DNA of 64,000 bases from an uncultured candidate division Zixibacteria bacterium (GTDB taxonomy: Bacteria; Zixibacteria; MSB-5A5; UBA10806), in assembly GCA_963801605.1 (NCBI GenBank), contig CAWDFP010000006.1, positions 832,001-896,000 of the forward strand, given 5' to 3'. Shown here one piece after another: positions 50,605-60,618 of this stretch. How positions within the stretch are numbered: the first letter of the stretch is position 1; each line of letters starts with the position of its first letter. The notes below the pieces were generated by a model. That model had not been told where the DNA came from, did no database searches, and saw only the letters and a program-made list of their open reading frames with translations. Both the position numbers and the translations under genes were made by a program.

Positions 50605-51136
50605 TTAGAGGGCATTTTTGCCCCTCTCAAATGCATTAAGAAACTTGACATAAATATTCCTGACGCCGTTGTTTTCTTCACTTTCGATTATTCTCGCAAA
50701 AAGCCCTAGAAGTTTTTTGCGAGATTCGGGATAATATTCGGCGATCTTCGTTAGTCCTTTGGCAGTACTCCATCTTACCACAGTGCCTTTATCATCGATA
50801 TTTTTTAGAAGTGCCGGGATAGCTTTGGCGGCCCGTTCGGGAAACTCGCCGGCCGCATTGGCAATTACCTGGCTTGCCTCCCATTTCACACGAGGAGCCT
50901 TATCATTTATTTGGCCGATAACAAATTCGAGACAGCGATTCTGCAAATTTAGGATTTTCCTTAACTATTTCCGAAATCGCCTCGATGCAAGTTCCTCTAT
51001 CGGCAATTGATGCTCCCGGGAAAAAAGCAATAAGCTCCGCCAGAATAGCGTTATCGTTCTTCAAGGCCTTTATTAAAAGAGCCACTTTATCTTTGGGCTT
51101 ACTCTTCGATTTTATAATATTAATAAAGTCCGACAT
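50605..51136 (-). CDS. HEAT-repeat protein; +1 frameshift near 50939
   Basis: RGTCIEAI..ENPKFA / CLEFVIGQINDKAPRVKWEA..DKGTVVRWS. Confidence 0.72.
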
Positions 51137-51164
51137 GCCTGGCTCTTTTTTTGCATTCAATAAT

Positions 51165-51807
51165 TTACTTTTTGGGATACCCAACCGACTGTGCCAGGAT
51201 TACATGCTGGTCGGCACGAAGCTTGAGCGTCTTTTCCAATTCCTGATGATTGACCGAACCACGCACTACCGTCCCCAAACCCTCAGAAGCACAGAAGAGG
51301 TAAACATTTTCCGCAATGAAAGCGGCATCTGCGTAGGCATAAGGAAGCTTATCAGAGTCGGTTTTACCGCTCATTTTGGAGTAATCGGCTACGTAAACGA
51401 TATTGATTGGAACAGACTTTACGAAGTCCTGCATTCCGGTTTTTTCGCGGATATCGCCGGAGAGAACGGGCTCAATGACATGTTTGTATTGGATTATATA
51501 AGTATGCTCCGTTAGCCGTCGTGATATAAAGGTCAATTTCCTGTTTGTTCATCGCTGATGGCGCTGTCCGTTTAGCCTCGTCGGCACGATTGATTCCGCA
51601 GGCAGCCCAAAGAAGATTGGATAATATCGGAATTGTTAGCGTATCGGCGCTAAAATCGCGGATAGATTGACGCTCTTTAAGAACTTGCATTAATGGTTTG
51701 CCGCCGGTCGTGTCAGGCGGTGAAAGTTGAATTGGCTTGAGTTCCTGAGCTAATAGTATTGAGCTCAATAAAATTACGAATAATGTAACGCCTGCGATAG
51801 TTTTCAT
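51165..51807 (-). CDS. Nitroreductase-family (SagB/ThcOx-like) protein with signal peptide; +1 frameshift near 51483
   Basis: RQSIRDF, LLWAACGINR, RTAPSAMN, AENVYL, VGYP. Confidence 0.85.
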
Positions 51808-51924
51808 ACTGCATCCTTTCACTTTTCGCGATAAGAATTCACCCATGTCACCAATTTAAAATATGATAACACCGTATTTAAGGCAAGTCAGGTTTAATGA
51901 TTTTTTTATTTGGCATCGAATAGT

Positions 51925-51951
51925 TTAGGGGCGTATTGCATACGCCCCTAA
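51925..51951. repeat. REP-like palindrome
   Basis: TTAGGGGCGTA-ttgca-TACGCCCCTAA, perfect 11-bp IR with no U tract. Confidence 0.55.
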
Positions 51952-51995
51952 CCGTAAAGAATTATAATTGATCGAATAATTGTAAGTATCTTTAC

Positions 51996-52487
51996 TTACA
52001 TTTTCTTCATTAGCAGCGCCCGCGTATAGGGAATTAACCCGCCGGCATCGATAATGGCCTGGCGCGCTTTTGGCAAGGGAGTAACCTTAAACTGCTTTCC
52101 AGTCGAAATGTTTTTCACGAAATTGCCATCGATTTCAAGCTCATCGCCCTCACTCGCCTCGATATCGGGACAAATTACGGTATTTAATCCCAGGTTGATC
52201 GAGTTCTGCAAAAAGATTCTTGAAAAATGCTTCGCAACGATGGCGAGTTCATATCCCTTAAGGCATGAAGCCGCCTGTTCGCGTGACGAGCCGCATCCAA
52301 AATTCTGCCCGGCCACGATAACGCTTCCGGTGGGGACTTCGCCATTTTTGAGCTTCTTATTGAAATCGGTTTGGTCGGCAAAGGCGTACGCCGGAGTTTC
52401 GGTTGGCAGGACCGTTGCCATAAATCTACCCGGATAGATGATATCGGTTGAGATATCATCACCAATTTTATATACGACTTTTCCCAT
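51996..52487 (-). CDS. Aconitase-family small subunit (LeuD/LysU/HacB-like)
   Basis: GDDISTDII, NFGCGSSREQA, FSRIFLQNSINLG, AGGLI. Confidence 0.9.
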   Translation of the reverse strand: MGKVVYKIGDDISTDIIYPGRFMATVLPTETPAYAFADQTDFNKKLKNGEVPTGSVIVAGQNFGCGSSREQAASCLKGYELAIVAKHFSRIFLQNSINLGLNTVICPDIEASEGDELEIDGNFVKNISTGKQFKVTPLPKARQAIIDAGGLIPYTRALLMKKM

Positions 52488-52488
52488 T

Positions 52489-53781
52489 TTAACGACCTCC
52501 CGTTCTTGGGTCGGAAATTACACCGTTAATAGCGCTGGCGGCAGCGGTTTCAGGCGAACAGAGATAAACCTCAGCATTAGGATTACCCATGCGTCCCTTA
52601 AAATTACGATTGGTAGTGGCAAGTGCTGTTTCCTGATCGGCTAACGCGCCTTGATGCACTCCCAGGCAGGGGCCGCATCCGGGGTTACAAACAACCGCGC
52701 CGGCCTGGGCAAGTGTAGCGATATACCCTTTGTCCAAAGCCTCGCGATAGATGCGCCATGAAGCCGGAAAGATCAGCATTCTGGTGCCGTGTGCCACCTT
52801 TTTGCCTTTGAGAATTCTGGCGGCGGCTTCAAGATCGTCAAGCCGGCCGTTGGTGCAGGAGCCGATCACAATCTGATGAATCTTCTTGCCCTTAACATCC
52901 TCAACGGGTTTGATGTTATCCACTGTATGCGGGCAAGCAATTTGCGGACCCAGCGCGGCGGCATTAATTTCAAGTACCTTCTCATATTCAGCATCTTTAT
53001 CCGGGGCGAACATGTCGAGTTTATCGGTTACGCCCGCAACGTTCTTCAGGTAGTTTTCGGTTTCAGCGTCAGGAGGTACAATTCCGCTGGTGGCGCCGGC
53101 CTCAACCGACATATTGCAGATTGTAAGGCGGCCTGACGTTGGCATTTTTTGAATCGTCTCGCCATGGAATTCAAGCACCTTAAAATTGGCGCCCTCCGCG
53201 GTAAGTTTACCGATTATATGCAGAATCAAATCTTTCGGGCCTACAAACGGATTGAATTTACCCGTAACGTTGACTTTAATAGTGTGAGGAACTTCGACAT
53301 TAAGGATATTCCCCAACGTCCAAACTGAGGCCATCTCGGTGGCGCCGATTCCGAAAGCAAAGGCGCCCAGAGCGCCATGGCTGGTGGTATGGCTGTCGGT
53401 TCCGACTACCACGAATCCGGGTCTGACATATCCATACTCTGGAAGAATCTGATGGCAAATTCCGCCCTCATCACCGCGGATATCATGGAATTTTTTTATT
53501 CCCTGTTTGGCGATAAACTCCCGAAGCTTTTTCTGGTTGTTGGCGGTTTTGGAGCTTTCGGCCGGTACCCGATGATCGAGTATAATCGCAATCCTATCCG
53601 GATTCCAAACTTTCGCCTCACGTCCGGTATCCTTATAGATTTCGTTGAACTGGTTTATCACCAACGCGCCGTTTTCATGCGACATTGCCAGGTGTACCGC
53701 CGGCTCAATGACGTCGCCAACAGCAACCGATTGCTTGCCGCAGGCTTTCGCCAGTACTTTCTGAACGTAGGTCATTCCCAT
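52489..53781 (-). CDS. Aconitase-family large subunit (LeuC/LysT/HacA-like)
   Basis: DHRVP, GICHQ, GTDSHT, GSCTNGR, CGPCLG, TNRNFKGRMG. Confidence 0.92.
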   Translation of the reverse strand: MGMTYVQKVLAKACGKQSVAVGDVIEPAVHLAMSHENGALVINQFNEIYKDTGREAKVWNPDRIAIILDHRVPAESSKTANNQKKLREFIAKQGIKKFHDIRGDEGGICHQILPEYGYVRPGFVVVGTDSHTTSHGALGAFAFGIGATEMASVWTLGNILNVEVPHTIKVNVTGKFNPFVGPKDLILHIIGKLTAEGANFKVLEFHGETIQKMPTSGRLTICNMSVEAGATSGIVPPDAETENYLKNVAGVTDKLDMFAPDKDAEYEKVLEINAAALGPQIACPHTVDNIKPVEDVKGKKIHQIVIGSCTNGRLDDLEAAARILKGKKVAHGTRMLIFPASWRIYREALDKGYIATLAQAGAVVCNPGCGPCLGVHQGALADQETALATTNRNFKGRMGNPNAEVYLCSPETAAASAINGVISDPRTGGR

Positions 53782-54096
53782 TTGAACCCCTTGGAAATTT
53801 TTTAACTTTTATATCGACTTAATTCTCTGCCTCGCAAAATAAAATCTGACACAGGGTATATATTAGGTATTAACGCCGCATTTGGCAAGAGCTTTGGACC
53901 ATCAACTAAGCCCTTAGAATCCCTGTTTGTTCGTGTTAAATTAATGCCTGACATCCTCCCCAACAGATTACCATGCTTACACTTAACGTTTAGGCTTGAG
54001 AGGGATCGACGATCCGAGTCGTTCGTAAATCATTTTTATTACATATTTGATGAATTTATGATACAATCTTGGAATTGCTGATACCAAAGGAGTCCA

Positions 54097-55916
54097 ATGA
54101 GATTATTTAAGAAATTCCCATCTTATGATTATCTGCTTCAGGGAGCGTCTATATCATTTAAACGGTTTCCTTTCACGCTTCTTAGCGCAATCTTTGGGAC
54201 AATCGTTTTAGTCGCTCTCATTCAACTTGATAAAGGCCAGCATTACACTCTTCAAAAATTAGCTTTTGCGAGCGCGCTTGGCCTGCCTCTCTTTACGGCC
54301 TCTGGCCAGCCTGGGCTGAGAAACGGCAAGCGAAATTGGCAATTGCCTTCCAGGCTTTTGGTTTCATTCCGATTATTCTTTATTACCTCACATTACCGGC
54401 TGAGTCTCTGACGCCATATATGTATCCGATCCGTTTTCTTCTTTTGATGATCGCCTTTCATCTTCTGGTGGCATTCCTGCCATATATTGGAAAGGACCAG
54501 CACCAGGGCTTCTGGCAATATAACAAATCGCTATTTATTCGATTTCTAATCTCCGCGATTTATTCGGCGGTAATGTTTGTCGGCCTTCTCATTGCACTGA
54601 TTGCAGCTAAAGAACTCTTCGGGATTAATGTTCCCGATAAAAGATTTCTGCAACTTTGGGTCATTATTGCCGGAATATTTAATACTTGGGTTTTTTTGGC
54701 AGGCATCCCTGATAATCTCGGCGAACTACGCGAGGTAGGCCAGTATCCTGATGGACTTAAAATTTTCACGCAGTATATCCTGTTGCCGCTGGTGGGGCTT
54801 TATCTCATCATCCTATACGCTTATGAGCTTAAGATCATCATCACCTGGAATTGGCCTAAGGGATGGGTTTCGCAGTTAGTTTTGTGGTATTCGGTGGTGG
54901 GCATACTTTCGATGCTTCTCTTGTGGCCGTTACGGGAGGCCAACCGTTGGGTTAACATTTTCGCTAGATGGTTTTTCAGAGCTCTGATTCCATTGATAGT
55001 AATGCTATTCCTCGCGATAAGCGAGCGGGTTGGAGTATATGGTATTACTGTAAACCGGTACCTGGTTTTCGAGATGGCAATCGGCCTGGCAATTCTAACG
55101 CTATATTTTGTTTTCGGTAAAAAGAAAGATATCAGGTCAATTCCAGCGATTATTTGTATAATTGCCATTCTTTCAGCTTACGGACCCTGGAGCGCCTTTA
55201 CAATATCGGAACGTAGCCAGCACGCTCGATTGGAAAAGCTTCTGATCCAAAATAAAATAATTGTCGATGGCGTAGTTAAGCCTGTATCCAACGAATTATC
55301 CCTTGATAATCTGAGGCAGATGAGCAGCGTTGTCTCATATTTGATAGAATGGCACGGCGCAAAATCATTTTCCCCCTGGATTGACGATAGTACGCTAAAT
55401 TCATTTTCCTCTGCTTCTACTTATCCTATGCGAGATACGATTTCAAAAGCACTCGGATTTGAGTATATCGATACCTGGCAAAATGAGCTTCGAGGCGGGC
55501 ATTTCCGATATATCATGGCCAACGATGTGGTCAGCCCCATTTCGGGGTATGATCAAATGATTCGATACTCCGTCTTTCCCTCAAATGATAATACCCTGCC
55601 ATCCCAAAAATATGTGATTGATTCCGATACCTGCTACCTGTCGTTCCGTTTCAGTCCGCCCATATTTTACGCGCGAATAATATCAGGCCTGACTGGCAAG
55701 AGTGATTCATCGAAATTTCCGCTTGGCTACCCGCTCGCTGAACATATTAATACCCAAGAGGATAATTCGATTAAAGCGGGCCAGTTAATATTTGAGACGC
55801 CTGTGGGAAACTATATGGCTCGGGTGATTATTCGGGAGATATCGGGCCTGCAGGAGCACGATTCCACCAGGGTTGATAATCTGAATGCCTACGTTTTATT
55901 GCGGAAAATTAAATAG
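54097..55916 (+). CDS. DUF4153 membrane protein; two single-base insertions near 54299-54308
   Basis: KRFPFTL, ILLPLVGLYLIILYAY, RVGVYGITVNRY, GPWSAF..SQHARL; joined reading ..FTALAAWAEKRQAKLAIAF.. Confidence 0.78.
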
Positions 55917-55931
55917 CCCTATCCGACATTC

Positions 55932-56945
55932 CTACGGCTCTGATATCCTTAACACGGCCGCCCCTTTGAGTGCTCCGGAACGAAGCTTGGACAGGGCTTC
56001 ATTAGCCTGATTTAGCTCAAACATCTCAATCTCAGTCTTCACCGGTACTTTAGGGGCAATCGATAACATCTCTTCGCCGTCCCGACGAGTTAGATTGGCG
56101 ACAGACTTTATTGTGCGTTCTCCCCATAAGATATGGTAGGGAAAAGCCGGAATATCACTCATGTGGATACCAGCACAGACTACCACTCCACCCTTTGCAA
56201 TCGCCTCAAGGGCAATTGGTATAAGTGCGCCTACGGGTGCAAATATAATGGCGGCGTCAAGCTTTTCGGGTGGATTTGTATTGGAATCGCCTGCCCACAC
56301 AGCCCCCAGGCTTCTGGCAAAACCCTGGCCATCTTTATCGCCTGGTCTGGTAAAGGCGAATATCCGTTTTCCTTCAAAAGCCGCCACCTGTGCAATAATA
56401 TGAGCCGACGCTCCATAGCCATAGAAGCCGATATTGACAGCATCTTCTCCCGTCATTCTGTAGGAACGGTAGCCAATTAACCCGGCACAAAGAAGGGGAG
56501 AGGCATGAAAAACATCATTATCATTCGAAAGAGGAAAACAATAACGCTGGTCGGCTACCATATATTCAGCATAGCCGCCGTCGAGATTATAGCCGGTAAA
56601 TTTGGCGTGATCACAAAGATTTTCCTGATTTTGACGGCAATACTTGCAGCTGCCATCGGTATACCCCAGCCAGGGGACGCCGATACGGTCTCCGGGCTTA
56701 AACTTGGTGACACCCACTCCCAACTGCGCAACCGATCCCACAATTTCATGTCCCGGCACAAGATGGGGCTTGGGATTTGGCAAATCGCCATCAACCACAT
56801 GAAGATCCGTCCGGCAGACGCCGCAGGCATGGACCTTAACAAGAACCTGCCTTGGTCCAGGCATGGGTACGGGAATCAGCTTTTCCTCAAGCTGAGTACC
56901 TTGCTTTTCGAGGATCATTGCTTTCATCTTTTCTGGAATTGCCAT
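55932..56945 (-). CDS. Zinc-dependent alcohol dehydrogenase (MDR family)
   Basis: CGVCRTDLH, GHEIVG, LLCAGLIGYR, GYGASAH. Confidence 0.93.
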   Translation of the reverse strand: MAIPEKMKAMILEKQGTQLEEKLIPVPMPGPRQVLVKVHACGVCRTDLHVVDGDLPNPKPHLVPGHEIVGSVAQLGVGVTKFKPGDRIGVPWLGYTDGSCKYCRQNQENLCDHAKFTGYNLDGGYAEYMVADQRYCFPLSNDNDVFHASPLLCAGLIGYRSYRMTGEDAVNIGFYGYGASAHIIAQVAAFEGKRIFAFTRPGDKDGQGFARSLGAVWAGDSNTNPPEKLDAAIIFAPVGALIPIALEAIAKGGVVVCAGIHMSDIPAFPYHILWGERTIKSVANLTRRDGEEMLSIAPKVPVKTEIEMFELNQANEALSKLRSGALKGAAVLRISEP

Positions 56946-57246
56946 CGTGCTGCCAGCCTTCGTAATAATTTTTCTCTAAAACTTTTCTTAAATAAAGAAT
57001 AAGGCGGAATCAATAGTCAAGTTAAAAGAGCTACTTTGCCGGGGAACGATGAAGATTAACTCATTTAATTGGGCGAATGAGGTAACAAAGGCCCTGCCCT
57101 TATCGTAATTGAAAAAGAGGTGCAAAGGTTTTGGAATGTTATTTCCGTCTTGCTGAAAAAAACGGCTTTGGCTCGTTATATATATTTACCTATAATACTC
57201 TTAAGTGGAGACAAGATTAATACATTTGGAAAAGGAGAGTTCAACA

Positions 57247-59130
57247 ATGGCTTCACGGAAAATGACTGCGATGATTTCTTTGTTTGTATTTCTCGCCATT
57301 CTTTTGCCGGCCTTGAGCATGGCGCAGGTGAAGGAAATTCCGACGCGAGATCAAATCCCGGATAAATATAAATGGAACTTGAACGATTTCTTCGTATCCG
57401 ATTCCGTTTGGGGAAACGCCCTGGAGGCGCTTAAAGCTCGTATCCCCGAAATTGCCAAATATCAATCCAAGTTAGGCGAGTCAGCAACCAATCTGGCCCA
57501 GTGCCTTATGCTGAATGACACGCTCGGTATGAAGGGCCACCGGCTATTTGTGTATGCTTCCCTCAATCTTGATGAGGATAACCGGGTGGGGAAATATCAG
57601 GAAATGCGCGACAAAGCCTACGCGCTATTGTCACAACTCAATCAGGCGACTGCCTATATTGAACCTGAAATACTCAAAATCCCCGACGATAAACTGCGCT
57701 CTTTCATTCAGGAAGACAAAAACCTGGCAGTTTATAAATTTTATCTCGATGACATTATCAGGAGAAAAACTCATATCAGATCCGAGGAAGTTGAGGAACT
57801 GCTGGCAGAGGCCGGTCCTGTCACTGCCGGACCAAGCCGCATATTTACTATGATCGACGATGCCGATGTCAAACTTCCCAATATCAAGGACGAGAACGGC
57901 CAGGAAATTGAAATGACCAAGGGACGGTTCGGGCAGATTATGGAATCGCCCGATCGCAATCTTCGACGAACCGCCAGCGAAGCTTACAGTGAAACTTATA
58001 AAAAATACTCAAATGCTCTTGCCGCCACCCTGGCATCTTCAGTCAATGGTGATCTGTTTTATACCAAAGCCAGGAAATATGAAACCTGCTTGGAACGGGC
58101 TTTAGATAATGACAGCATTCCTGAAAGCGTTTTCTTCAATCTGATTAAGGCAACCAACGACAATTTCGCCCCACTGCACAAATATATCTCTCTACGTAAA
58201 AAAGCACTGGCAGTTGATACCCTGTTCGGTTTTGATCTTTCCGTGCCAATCATTCCTCAAAGCAAAATGGAGTTCACTTATGAACAGGCTAAAGATTATA
58301 TGCTTAAGGGCCTGAAGCCATTGGGAAATGAATATCTGGCAAATGTCCAGAAAGCTTTGGATTCGCGATGGATCGATGTCTATGAGAATCAGGGCAAGGG
58401 AAGCGGTGGTTACACTTGGGGCACTTATACGGTTCACCCGGTCATGCTTCTCAATTTCGCGGGTACCTTAAACGACGTTTTCACGCTGGCTCATGAGATG
58501 GGCCACATGATGCATAACTACTACTCCAATATCAATGAGCCGTATGTTTACTCCGGCCATTCTCTGTTTACCGCCGAGGTAGCCTCCACCTGCAACGAAG
58601 CCATCATGATAAAGTACCTGCTCGATCACACTAAGGATAGAAACGAAAAGTTGTACCTGCTCAATTACTATATCGATCAGATAATCGGTACCTTCTATAC
58701 GCAGGTCTGGTTCTCTGAATATGAACTTAAGATTCATCAAACGGTTGAAGGCGGCGGCGCCCTTTCCACCGAATCGCTGCGCAAGTTTTACCGCGAGATA
58801 TTCAATAAATATTATGGACCGGATCTATATATTCCCCCGGATCGCGATTACGGTGGAATGAGAATCAGCCACTTCTATCGCAACTACTACGTTTATCAAT
58901 ATGCCAGCAGTTATGCCGCGTCGCAGATGCTATCTCAGAAGATACTTGCCGGTGATAAAAAAGCCATCGCAGCCTATATGGATTTTATAAAGACCGGTTC
59001 TTCTGCTTATCCGATCGATATTCTCAAGAAGGCTGGAGTCGATATGACTACTACTGAACCGTTCGATAATACCGTCAAGGTGTTTTCCCAGCTGGTGGAT
59101 GAATTCGAACGCGTATTGAATTCGAAATAA
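57247..59130 (+). CDS. pepF: Oligoendopeptidase F (M3B) with N-terminal signal peptide
   Basis: KYKWNL, WIDVYEN.GK.SG, TLAHEMGH, AEVAST, HFY..YYVYQYA. Confidence 0.92.
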   Translation: MASRKMTAMISLFVFLAILLPALSMAQVKEIPTRDQIPDKYKWNLNDFFVSDSVWGNALEALKARIPEIAKYQSKLGESATNLAQCLMLNDTLGMKGHRLFVYASLNLDEDNRVGKYQEMRDKAYALLSQLNQATAYIEPEILKIPDDKLRSFIQEDKNLAVYKFYLDDIIRRKTHIRSEEVEELLAEAGPVTAGPSRIFTMIDDADVKLPNIKDENGQEIEMTKGRFGQIMESPDRNLRRTASEAYSETYKKYSNALAATLASSVNGDLFYTKARKYETCLERALDNDSIPESVFFNLIKATNDNFAPLHKYISLRKKALAVDTLFGFDLSVPIIPQSKMEFTYEQAKDYMLKGLKPLGNEYLANVQKALDSRWIDVYENQGKGSGGYTWGTYTVHPVMLLNFAGTLNDVFTLAHEMGHMMHNYYSNINEPYVYSGHSLFTAEVASTCNEAIMIKYLLDHTKDRNEKLYLLNYYIDQIIGTFYTQVWFSEYELKIHQTVEGGGALSTESLRKFYREIFNKYYGPDLYIPPDRDYGGMRISHFYRNYYVYQYASSYAASQMLSQKILAGDKKAIAAYMDFIKTGSSAYPIDILKKAGVDMTTTEPFDNTVKVFSQLVDEFERVLNSK

Positions 59131-59156
59131 GCGTAGCATTTCGCTTATTAAATTGC

Positions 59157-59186
59157 AGGACCGCTCATGGGAGCGGTCCTTTTGTT
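59157..59186 (+). terminator. Intrinsic terminator
   Basis: AGGACCGCTC-atgg-GAGCGGTCCT-TTTGTT. Confidence 0.8.
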
Positions 59187-59269
59187 ATGACAATAAATCC
59201 GAATGCCCCAGATATTATCATCCTATTTCCGCATTTGCTATTATATATTAGATTGTTTTTGGAGATATT

Positions 59270-60559
59270 ATGGCAAAAGTAGAAAAATCGATTGGCTCTA
59301 AAATCCGGGTCGTTGTGATAGGAGGCGGCCCCGCTGGTTTATTGGCCGCCGGCCAGGCAGCGCTTGGCGGCGCCAACGTTACTCTTTTGGAGAAAAAGGA
59401 TTTTCCTGCCCGGAAACTTCGTATTACGGGAAACGGACGCTGTAACCTTACCAATACCGCCCCGCTCGAGGATTTCATATCTCATTTTGGGCGTAATGGC
59501 AAATTCTTACGTCCCGCTTTTTCAAAATTCTTTTCGCCGGAACTCATTGCGTTTTTTAGGACTAACGGCGTAGCCTTGGTTACGGATGAAAGCGGACGAG
59601 TCTACCCCAAAAGCAACAGAGCGGATGATATTGCCGACTCTCTTCTTGATTGGGTTGCAAATTGTGGCGTCAGGATTCAAACCAATTCAGCGGTAAAACA
59701 GATCGTTTCCGAAAAAGATCATGTTCTAGGCGTGCGACTGATAGATAGCGGAAAATTGATTGAGGCTAATGCTGTTGTCGTGGCGACCGGAGGCGCATCG
59801 TATCCGGCCACAGGCTCGAGCGGTGATGGTTATACCCTGGCAAGGGACCTGGGCCATACCATTGTGCCGATCAGACCGGCCTCGGTGCCGTTAGTAGTAA
59901 CCTCAAAATTAGTATCAAAACTTGAAGGTATAAGTTTGAATTCTATAACGGTCAATTTAAAAGCCGAAAAGAAAAGCATTAAATCGGTTTCAGGCGGGAT
60001 TCTGTTCACTCATTTTGGTCTATCCGGTCCTGCCATACTTTCTATAAGCCGCCATTGCGTTGACCAACTGAGATCCGGCAAACATCCAATTCTGTCTATC
60101 GATTTATTACCTCAGTATGATGACCAGAAGTTGGATCAATTGCTGTTATCTAAAATACAAGCGCATGGGAAAAGTCAAATTCATACGATACTCGGCGAGT
60201 TGTTGCCTGATAAATTAGCCTCAACTCTTCTTATGCTCAATGACATTGACCCAACAAAACAGTGCAATCAAATATCATCGGATGAGCGGAGACGGATCAG
60301 GATAAGCCTGAAGGAATTCGATCTTGAAGTCACCGGGCATCGACCTCTGGCTTTAGCGATGGTTACCGCGGGGGGAGTTAGCCTAAAAGAGGTTGATCCT
60401 CAAACCATGGAATCAAAAATTATTAAGGGCCTCAATTTCGTCGGCGAGGTTTTAGATCTCGATGCCGACACCGGCGGCTATAATCTTCAAGCCGCATTTT
60501 CAACGGGCTGGCTGGCGGGTCGGGCTTGTTCCGCTCCTATAAAGCCAAAAGGGCGATAA
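59270..60559 (+). CDS. HI0933/BaiN-family flavoprotein
   Basis: GGGPAGL, TGNGRCNLTN, ATGGASYP.TGSSGDG, LFTHFGLSGP, VTAGGV, GGYNLQAA. Confidence 0.92.
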   Translation: MAKVEKSIGSKIRVVVIGGGPAGLLAAGQAALGGANVTLLEKKDFPARKLRITGNGRCNLTNTAPLEDFISHFGRNGKFLRPAFSKFFSPELIAFFRTNGVALVTDESGRVYPKSNRADDIADSLLDWVANCGVRIQTNSAVKQIVSEKDHVLGVRLIDSGKLIEANAVVVATGGASYPATGSSGDGYTLARDLGHTIVPIRPASVPLVVTSKLVSKLEGISLNSITVNLKAEKKSIKSVSGGILFTHFGLSGPAILSISRHCVDQLRSGKHPILSIDLLPQYDDQKLDQLLLSKIQAHGKSQIHTILGELLPDKLASTLLMLNDIDPTKQCNQISSDERRRIRISLKEFDLEVTGHRPLALAMVTAGGVSLKEVDPQTMESKIIKGLNFVGEVLDLDADTGGYNLQAAFSTGWLAGRACSAPIKPKGR

Positions 60560-60584
60560 AAAAACAGCCGGTTGAAACCGGCTG
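60558..60584 (-). terminator. Intrinsic terminator of the Omp85 fusion gene
   Basis: CAGCCGGT-loop-ACCGGCTG followed by T7 on the minus strand. Confidence 0.75.
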
Positions 60585-60618
60585 ATCGAATTATAAATAT
60601 TATTTTCTGATAGTTTTC

